Below are positions 57,706 to 64,000 of a stretch of 64,000 bases of DNA, one piece after another (positions within the stretch are counted from its first letter, which is position 1; each line of letters opens with the position of its first letter). The notes under the pieces were generated by a model, which ran no database searches, had not been told where the DNA came from, and was given only the letters and a program-made list of their open reading frames with translations. The translations under genes were made by a program, and so were the position numbers. The stretch comes from an uncultured Salinibacterium sp. (GTDB taxonomy: Bacteria; Actinomycetota; Actinomycetes; Actinomycetales; Microbacteriaceae), in NCBI RefSeq assembly GCF_963974405.1, contig NZ_CAXBBH010000004.1:17618-81617 (forward strand), in the 5' to 3' direction.

Positions 57706-58083
57706 CTACTTCGCGGGAAGAGCGACGATCGCATCGAGCTCAACATCAAAACCGCGAAGATTAGCCTGGATCGTCGTGCGCGCGGGCAACGGCGCGGTCA
57801 AGAACTCCGCAGCGATCTCGTTGAACTCCGCGAAATCATCGAGAGTCTTGAGGTAGACGCCGTAGCGAACGGTGTTTTCTAGGCTCGTCCCTGCGGCCTG
57901 CGCAACAGTCTCAAGGTTACGGAAAGTTTGGCGGACCTGCTCAGCGAATGTTTCGCCAACGCGGTTACTGTCCTTGTCAAACGGGCCTTGGCCCGCAAGA
58001 AATACCAGCGAGCCCGCAACTACCGCAGAGGAGTAGGTGCCTGCGGGCTGAGGGGCGTCCGGAGTCGTGATTGCGTGGAACAT
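57706..58083 (-). CDS. RidA-family (YjgF/L-PSP) enamine/imine deaminase
   Basis: 125 aa. PAGTYSSAVVAGSLVFLAGQGP...PARTTIQANL...VELDAIV. Confidence 0.9.
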   Translation of the reverse strand: MFHAITTPDAPQPAGTYSSAVVAGSLVFLAGQGPFDKDSNRVGETFAEQVRQTFRNLETVAQAAGTSLENTVRYGVYLKTLDDFAEFNEIAAEFLTAPLPARTTIQANLRGFDVELDAIVALPAK

Positions 58084-58119
58084 TGATGCCTTTCTATCGT
58101 GTTGGTTGGGTAGTGCGTA

Positions 58120-58935
58120 CTAGGCAGTACGGGATTGATCGCCGTGAAGGCGAGGCACAGAGGCAAGAAGCTTCTTCGTGTAGTCGTGCTGTGGAGAAGT
58201 GAGAATGTCGGCCGCTGCCCCAGATTCCACGACTTCGCCGTGGTACATCACGTAGACGTAGTCGCAGAACCGAGCGACGACGCCCATGTCGTGCGTGATC
58301 ATGAGCACCGCCATTCCGCGATCATCGGCAAGGGCACCGATGGTCTCGAGAACTGCAGCCTGCACCGTGACATCCAGAGCACTTGTAGCCTCATCCGCAA
58401 TGAGGAGCCGCGGAGACGAAGCAATCGCCATCGCGATCATGACTCGCTGACGCATGCCTCCGCTCAGCTCGTGCGGATACTGGCGGTAGACCGTTGCAGG
58501 ATTTCTAATGCCGACAGCGTCCAAACTCTCAATAACAAGTTCGCGAGCCTTTTTGCGAAGCTCAGGACGGTGGGCGATCAGCACATCACGCACTTGATGG
58601 CCGACGCGGAACACCGGATTGAGCACTGACATGGGGTCTTGAAAAATCATCGATGCTTGAGCGCCTCGCACACCCTGGATCGCGGAGAGTGGAGCTTTGA
58701 GCAATTCACGACCATCAAGTGTGATCGATGACTCGTCACTATAGTGAGCAATTCGTTCATCGTTTAGTCGAAGAACTGACATGGCAGTTACGGACTTACC
58801 GGATCCCGATTCGCCGATGATCCCCACGCGCGTTCCTGCATTTACGCTGATCGAAACTCCACGAACAGCTGGCGGAGCTGACGCTGAGAATTGCACTGAG
58901 AGATCCCGGATTTCTAGGAGTGCTGAATCGCTCAT
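58120..58935 (-). CDS. peptide (Dpp/Opp-type) ABC transporter ATP-binding protein
   Basis: Walker A GESGSGKS, signature LSGGMRQR and Walker B LLIADEATSALD. Confidence 0.92.
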   Translation of the reverse strand: MSDSALLEIRDLSVQFSASAPPAVRGVSISVNAGTRVGIIGESGSGKSVTAMSVLRLNDERIAHYSDESSITLDGRELLKAPLSAIQGVRGAQASMIFQDPMSVLNPVFRVGHQVRDVLIAHRPELRKKARELVIESLDAVGIRNPATVYRQYPHELSGGMRQRVMIAMAIASSPRLLIADEATSALDVTVQAAVLETIGALADDRGMAVLMITHDMGVVARFCDYVYVMYHGEVVESGAAADILTSPQHDYTKKLLASVPRLHGDQSRTA

Positions 58936-59774
58936 GCGTGCTTCCTCATTACCGTGATCGGGCTGGTCAGATCGGCGTCAATCGTCATTGAACGATGCCG
59001 CGATTCCGGGTCAGGTTCGAGCACCGCCTCAATCAGTGCCTGAGTGTACGGATGCTGTGGGTTGCCGAAGACCTCCTCCGACGTGCCATACTCCACGATC
59101 TCACCGAGGTACATGACAGCGACGCGATGGGACATAGCCCGCACTACTCCCAAGTTGTGCGCGATAAACAGGTATGCGATTCCTTGAGTTTGTTGCAATT
59201 CTTGAAGCAACTCGAGTACTTGCGCTTGGACTGAAACGTCAAGCGCGCTCGTCGGTTCGTCGCACACGATAAGCGACGGGCTCACCCCCAGCGCGCGCGC
59301 AATTGCGATGCGCTGGCGCTGACCGCCCGAGAACTCGTGCGGGTAACGACCGGCCATGTCGGCGGAAAGTCCCACCTGGTTGAGAAGCTCGCCGATTCGC
59401 GCGGCGATGCCTGACCGCGAGACGATCTTGTGCACGAGCATTGGTTCCGCAATTTGCCGGCCAATAGTCATGCGAGGGTCCAGCGTGGCGTACGGGTCCT
59501 GGAAAATCATCTGCAGGTCGCTACGGATGGCGCGCATCCGTCGAGAGGACACCTGTGCAAGGTTCTCTCCCTGATAGGTGATCGTGCCCTCGAACGGCAT
59601 CAGACCAAGAACAGCCCGAGCGACCGTTGATTTTCCGGATCCTGATTCGCCAACAAGCCCCACTGTCTCGCCAGCGGCAAGAGACAGCGACACTCTATCG
59701 ACGGCGGGCTTCTTCTTGCCCGTGCCATAGCGGACCGTGAGGTCTGAAATTTCTAGCAACGGTGAAGGGCTCAT
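58932..59774 (-). CDS. peptide (Dpp/Opp-type) ABC transporter ATP-binding protein
   Basis: Walker A GESGSGKST, signature FSGGQRQR and Walker B LIVCDEPTSALD. ATGA overlaps at both ends. Confidence 0.92.
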   Translation of the reverse strand: MSPSPLLEISDLTVRYGTGKKKPAVDRVSLSLAAGETVGLVGESGSGKSTVARAVLGLMPFEGTITYQGENLAQVSSRRMRAIRSDLQMIFQDPYATLDPRMTIGRQIAEPMLVHKIVSRSGIAARIGELLNQVGLSADMAGRYPHEFSGGQRQRIAIARALGVSPSLIVCDEPTSALDVSVQAQVLELLQELQQTQGIAYLFIAHNLGVVRAMSHRVAVMYLGEIVEYGTSEEVFGNPQHPYTQALIEAVLEPDPESRHRSMTIDADLTSPITVMRKHA

Positions 59775-61339
59775 GCATTTCTCCTTCTCAACAGTCGGCC
59801 CGGCAATTCGTGCGTGTGCCGGCCGTCGGACACCACGCGGACGCCGTTCACAAAAACGTGAGATACGCCAGCGGGTTCAACGAGCGGCGTGGCATAGGTC
59901 GCACGGTCGGCCATGGCCAGCGGATCAAACACGGTGATGTCTGCGAAGGCGCCCACAGCGAGCACGCCCCGATCCGTGATTCCCAGTCGAGCGGCCGGTT
60001 TGGCCGTCATCTTGTGCACGATTTCGACAATGGACATGCCGGAACGCGCAAGTTCGTCGAACGAGCGAGGAAAGGTGCCGATAGAGCGCGGATGAGGCAA
60101 ATTAGCGCTGTGGGTCAGGCTAAGCGCGAGCCCATCCGACGCGACAGAGACGAGCGGATGCCGTAGAACCCGAAGAGCATCCTCGGGTCGGGTTCCTACG
60201 ACAATGACATCCACATTAAGGTCATTGCGCAGAAGAAGCTCGACCGCGAGAGCACCCCACGACTCAAGCGAGGAGCCCAGAAGCAGTTCACTGAGCGTTA
60301 CGCCGACTGCCAACGGGGTTTTCGGAGCTTTGGCCACAGTGATGGCTTCAGGAGGAAAGCCCGCACTCGACTCGATCATTGCTGCGACCGTGGCTGGGGC
60401 ATCTGCAATATGTTGCGCAATGTGATCAACGGAGAGGCCGCGCAGTTCGCTCGGGAGCAATTGCAACATCGTGGTGTGGCCAGCGAGATAAGGGTAGGCA
60501 TCAGCTTCGACATCCACTTCCGCGTTCTCCACGAGTTCGATAGCCTCACTCAGAGCGGTGCCGTCGTCGCGAATTGAGCGGAAGTGCGAGATTTGCAATC
60601 GCACCTTAGACGAAGCTGCAATCGCAATCGCTTCACTAACTGCATCGGCAAGCCCGCCACCGTCATACGCGCGCAAATGCATGCTGAGCAAAGCGTCGTG
60701 CTGGAAAACTGTGTGCGCGAGATCCGTGAGTTCGGTCCCAGAACTCAATTCTCCCGGTGAGTACATAAGCCCTAAGCTCAGTCCCCAAGCTCCAGCCCCG
60801 AGAGCCTCTTCGAGCTCTGCGATCATGACTCCCCGTCGCTCCTGTTCGCGCTCGGGCGCGACTCCCACACGCGCGTGAGCAGCCATCACAATCGTTCCGT
60901 GACCTACAAGTGGCGCGACGTTCGTTGCGGCCGGAGTGTTCTCCAAGACGTTGAAGTAGTCGGCAACGGAACTCCACGGCACGTCGACCTCCGCAACGAT
61001 GTCCACGGGTCCGATAATCGCCCTCACATCAGCGGTGTTTCCACGAATTGGTGCCGGGCTCAACCCGCAGTTTCCAATGACCTCGGTCGTTATCCCTTGC
61101 AGCACTCGAGACTCGCCTTCCGGATAGGCGAAGCGAGTGAGATCTGAGTGGGTGTGGATGTCGATGAATCCCGGCGCGATGACGAGTCCCGTGCAGTCGA
61201 TGACGTGCTCGGCGGCGCTCGCCGAGAACTCGCCAATACCGGCAATTCTCCCGTCAGAGATAAGAACATCAGCGGTAACCAGTGGGGAGCCCGTTCCGTC
61301 GGCAACTTGCCCTCCACGCAAGAGAGTGGTTGTGGTCAT
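59771..61339 (-). CDS. N-acyl-D-amino-acid deacylase (D-aminoacylase) family amidohydrolase
   Basis: GFIDIHTHSD and QGITTEVIGNCG are the signature blocks of D-aminoacylases. The start is set at the ATG at 61339 (MTTTTLLRGGQV...), which forms an ATGA overlap with the permease stop. The track ORF extends to 61450. Confidence 0.85.
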   Translation of the reverse strand: MTTTTLLRGGQVADGTGSPLVTADVLISDGRIAGIGEFSASAAEHVIDCTGLVIAPGFIDIHTHSDLTRFAYPEGESRVLQGITTEVIGNCGLSPAPIRGNTADVRAIIGPVDIVAEVDVPWSSVADYFNVLENTPAATNVAPLVGHGTIVMAAHARVGVAPEREQERRGVMIAELEEALGAGAWGLSLGLMYSPGELSSGTELTDLAHTVFQHDALLSMHLRAYDGGGLADAVSEAIAIAASSKVRLQISHFRSIRDDGTALSEAIELVENAEVDVEADAYPYLAGHTTMLQLLPSELRGLSVDHIAQHIADAPATVAAMIESSAGFPPEAITVAKAPKTPLAVGVTLSELLLGSSLESWGALAVELLLRNDLNVDVIVVGTRPEDALRVLRHPLVSVASDGLALSLTHSANLPHPRSIGTFPRSFDELARSGMSIVEIVHKMTAKPAARLGITDRGVLAVGAFADITVFDPLAMADRATYATPLVEPAGVSHVFVNGVRVVSDGRHTHELPGRLLRRRNA

Positions 61340-62214
61340 GATCGACGCCGCCGTCTCATGGGATTGGCTGACTCCGCAATCAGCTCTCCCGCAAACATGA
61401 GCACGGCTGCAACGAAGGTGATGACGAGTCCAGCCGAAATCGCGTACCACGGCGAGGTCACGTAGTAGTTCTTGGATGCTTCAAGAATCGTTCCCCAGGT
61501 TGAGGCGGGCAAGTCAACGCCTAAGCCGAGATAACTCAGCCCGGCCTCGATCAGGATCGCTTCAGCCATGAGGGTCGGAATCAATGTCAAGAGAGGCCCA
61601 GCAGAGTTGGGAAGCACATGGAGACCGAGAATCTGAGCGGGCCGAACTCCCCCCACACGCAAAGCGGTCACAAACTCCCGCTCCTTGAGACTTCGGGTTT
61701 GTGCTCGCATGAGAAGAAAAACGCGAGGGAAGAAGAGGAAACCAATAATTACCGTGAGCGACAAACTCGTAGTGCCGAAGCTCGCGACCATAAGAATGGC
61801 GAAGAGCACAAGAGGGAAAGCGAGCGTTGCCGACGCGACGCTCGTGAAGGCGCCATCCAAGAATCTGCCAGCATTTCCCGCGATAAGACCGGTAGGAAGA
61901 CCAATGACGAGGGCGACGAGAACGCTGCCAGCGGCGATGACCAATTCCAGCCGAGTGGAGTACACGAGCCGAGCCCAGACATCAGCTCCTGCCTCATCAG
62001 TGCCGAGGGGGTGGGCGAAGCTCGGCGACACAAGGATCGACGAGGCATCGATTGCGGATGGTGAGTACGGACTGAAGATCGACGGCCACACGGCCATGAG
62101 CAGGGCTACGACGCCGATGACAACGAGAGAGAGTCTGGCCGGGCCAATGGCGGCAATCTTTGCAATGATGCGAGAAAAAGTCGTCGCGCTTGTGCGCGGT
62201 TCTGTGAGTGTCAT
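61336..62214 (-). CDS. ABC transporter permease (DppC/OppC type)
   Basis: 292 aa with six TM helices and an EAA-like loop (LKEREFVTALRVGGVRPAQIL). Confidence 0.9.
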   Translation of the reverse strand: MTLTEPRTSATTFSRIIAKIAAIGPARLSLVVIGVVALLMAVWPSIFSPYSPSAIDASSILVSPSFAHPLGTDEAGADVWARLVYSTRLELVIAAGSVLVALVIGLPTGLIAGNAGRFLDGAFTSVASATLAFPLVLFAILMVASFGTTSLSLTVIIGFLFFPRVFLLMRAQTRSLKEREFVTALRVGGVRPAQILGLHVLPNSAGPLLTLIPTLMAEAILIEAGLSYLGLGVDLPASTWGTILEASKNYYVTSPWYAISAGLVITFVAAVLMFAGELIAESANPMRRRRRS

Positions 62215-63170
62215 TCTGTGATCCTCGGGTCGACGAGACGGTAGGCGAGGTCTGCGAGGTAGCCGACGAGCAGCACCACGATCGTGGTGAGCAGCACAGC
62301 ACCCTGCACTACTTGATAGTCACGATTGAGAACGCTTGAGAGAAGAAGCTGACCGATACCCCCGAGGCCGAACACTGCCTCGACAAGCACGGCGCCACCC
62401 ACGAGCGCTCCGATCTGAACGCCGACGATCGTGATCATCGGCGTGACGGCGTTCCGCATGGCATAGATGAAGACGCGACGCGGTGTCGAGATCCCCATGG
62501 CCAACGCTGTTCGCATGTAGTCCTGTCGAAGGACGTCGGATGCCTCGGCGTAGACGAACCTCGTTAGCACTCCCCCCAAGAAGATTGCCAAAGTGGTGAC
62601 AGGAAGAATCATCTGGATAAAGAACTCACCGAAGTCATCGAAAGGGCTTGTGAATCCACCCGATGGAAGCACGTCGAGTGTGACAGAGAAAATGATGATG
62701 AGAAAAAGACCAAGCCACACTGCGGGAATCGCAATTGCGAGTGTCGTGACGAAACGCACGGCCCGGTCAACGATGCCGTTGCGGAAGTAAGCGGCGGCCA
62801 TCCCGAACAGGATTGACAGCGGCACCGCGATGACGACGGCTCCCACAATGAGGAAGAGCGTCGGTGGAACTGCGCCGGCAACGAGCTCTACTACCGCTAC
62901 CCCGCTGCGGCTTGAGACGCCGAAGTCGCCGCGGAGGATATCGCCAAGCCAGATGCCGTACTGAACGGGCCAGGGCTGGTCGAGCCCCATTTCTGCTCGC
63001 AATCGGGCAAGAGTCTCCGCGGCATCCGGCCGCCCAGCCTGGGGGCCCAGCAGCAACACTGCCGGGTCCCCAGGGGTGAGACGAAGAGCGAGAAAGGCGA
63101 ACACCGAGACGAACCACAAGACCACAGCGAGCTTTGCCGCTTCAATTCCTGCGCGTCGCATGATTTTCAC
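62211..63170 (-). CDS. ABC transporter permease (DppB/OppB type)
   Basis: 319 aa. Typical N-terminus followed by LTPGDPA, and an EAA loop (LRQDYMRTALAMGISTPRRVF). Confidence 0.9.
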   Translation of the reverse strand: MKIMRRAGIEAAKLAVVLWFVSVFAFLALRLTPGDPAVLLLGPQAGRPDAAETLARLRAEMGLDQPWPVQYGIWLGDILRGDFGVSSRSGVAVVELVAGAVPPTLFLIVGAVVIAVPLSILFGMAAAYFRNGIVDRAVRFVTTLAIAIPAVWLGLFLIIIFSVTLDVLPSGGFTSPFDDFGEFFIQMILPVTTLAIFLGGVLTRFVYAEASDVLRQDYMRTALAMGISTPRRVFIYAMRNAVTPMITIVGVQIGALVGGAVLVEAVFGLGGIGQLLLSSVLNRDYQVVQGAVLLTTIVVLLVGYLADLAYRLVDPRITE

Positions 63171-63223
63171 GATGCTGCCTCCCTCGTTTCTGCTTTTCGT
63201 TGAGTGCTGTGTAGAGCGGGGTG

Positions 63224-64000
63224 CTACTTGCTGACCGTGACCTGCGAGAGGAGAGCCCAGCCGAGCGGGTTGACCTCGTAGCCCGAGACATCCGGTCCAG
63301 CGATCGACGCAACCGGGGTTGACTGCACGATCATGACCGGAAGTTCGTCAACCAAGATCTGCTGGAGCTCGCTGTAGAGTTCCGAACGAGCTGCCTCGTC
63401 GGAGATTCGAGTTGCGTCGAGCACGAGATCCGACACCGTCTGGTTCTGGTAATCATCCGCAAGGTGCGGAGTCATGATGATGTCAAAGAAGGAGTGGGGG
63501 TCCGCTCCAACGTTGAACACGTTCCAGGTGGCGTCGTAGCCGCGGCTGACGTAAGCGTCAAGCCACACCGAGATTTCCGTGATGTTGACGTTCAAGGTCA
63601 CACCGATTTCGGCCAACGATGCCTGCCAGACACGAGCGAGCTGTTCAGCTTCGGGAAATCCAGAAGGAACTTCGAGCGAGAACTCGAGGTCTGACTCGCC
63701 AGCAGCGGCAAGCATTGTCGCAGCCTTATCGAGGTCATACTCGTAGCCAGTCTGCTCGGAGTAAGCCCAACTGCTCTCGGGCAACGGGCTCCAGCTGCTC
63801 GAACCGCCACCACCGTAGGCAATCTCTCGGATCGAGGCCTTATCGAGGGCGTGTGCCAAAGCCTGACGCACCATCGGATCTGCAAGCTTTCCTGAGGAAT
63901 TGAACTCGATCAACGAAAGGCTGTTGGAAGCAACAGGCTCCACAAGATCAGCGCGAGCGGAGTCAAGCTGCGAAACCGTCGCAGCTGAGGCGCTGGCAAG
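63224..64000 (-). CDS. ABC transporter substrate-binding protein, family 5 (C-terminal ~259 codons; 5' end beyond the right window edge)
   Basis: The frame stays open from 63943 to base 64000 in my own translation (LASASAATVSQLDSARADLVEPV...). The C-terminal half resembles DppA/OppA-type binding proteins (VRQALAHALDK...). Confidence 0.85.
   Translation of the reverse strand, partial: LASASAATVSQLDSARADLVEPVASNSLSLIEFNSSGKLADPMVRQALAHALDKASIREIAYGGGGSSSWSPLPESSWAYSEQTGYEYDLDKAATMLAAAGESDLEFSLEVPSGFPEAEQLARVWQASLAEIGVTLNVNITEISVWLDAYVSRGYDATWNVFNVGADPHSFFDIIMTPHLADDYQNQTVSDLVLDATRISDEAARSELYSELQQILVDELPVMIVQSTPVASIAGPDVSGYEVNPLGWALLSQVTVSK

Noticed and set aside
1-64000. Mobile elements, prophage, defence islands, toxin-antitoxin pairs, biosynthetic clusters, rRNA and tRNA.
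   Set aside because: I found no integrase, transposase or recombinase-like ORFs, no terminal inverted or direct repeats bracketing a segment, and no cloverleaf-capable intergenic sequence. The largest non-coding gaps are only about 200-245 bp, and every gene of 80 aa or more has a plausible housekeeping or metabolic assignment.

Overview
This window is conserved chromosomal core from a moderately high-GC actinobacterium. Gene order and protein sequences suggest Micrococcales, probably Microbacteriaceae, but that is inference only since no search was possible. Genes are tightly packed and mostly on the minus strand. From left to right: ctaD (partial, open at the window edge) and ctaC, a HesB/IscA Fe-S carrier, an M20 peptidase, DUF3043, pyrD, nrdR, hisD, a flavin reductase, dnaE and an RluA-type pseudouridine synthase. 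The division/cell-wall (dcw) block follows at 13.0-29.6 kb: divIVA-yggT-sepF-yggS-ftsZ-ftsQ-murC-murG-ftsW-murD-mraY-murF-ftsI-ftsL-rsmH-mraZ. Next come DUF3040, a polyprenyl synthase, an Rv2175c-like DNA-binding protein, a 3xLysM wall protein, a 4xPASTA Ser/Thr kinase, class II DAHP synthase, an acyltransferase, an acyl-CoA ligase, def, a MinD/ParA ATPase, pyruvate carboxylase and a second ParA. These are followed by two MerR regulators, a GarA/OdhI FHA protein and a CDP-alcohol phosphatidyltransferase. From about 48.9 kb the content looks more accessory: an LRV-like repeat protein with an S4 protein, an ArsR-SRPBCC-DUF4287 cassette, a thioesterase, a Rho_N protein, a radical SAM protein, a GNAT, a two-component flavin monooxygenase and a peptide ABC operon with an embedded D-aminoacylase. 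I saw no rRNA, tRNA, CRISPR, transposase/integrase or recognisable defence or toxin genes, and no convincing wholly novel multigene system. The best leads are: (1) a perfect LexA/Cheo SOS box in front of an Rv2578c-family radical SAM gene; (2) murE, pgeF/yfiH and lspA are absent from their usual places in and next to the dcw cluster; (3) the D-aminoacylase/RidA/FAH genes fused into a peptide-transporter operon; (4) a LysM protein with an uncharacterised C-terminal domain; (5) several sharply defined palindromes and repeats in intergenic regions. Many ORF-track entries are N-terminally over-extended or antisense artefacts, and I adjusted starts where the sequence supported it.
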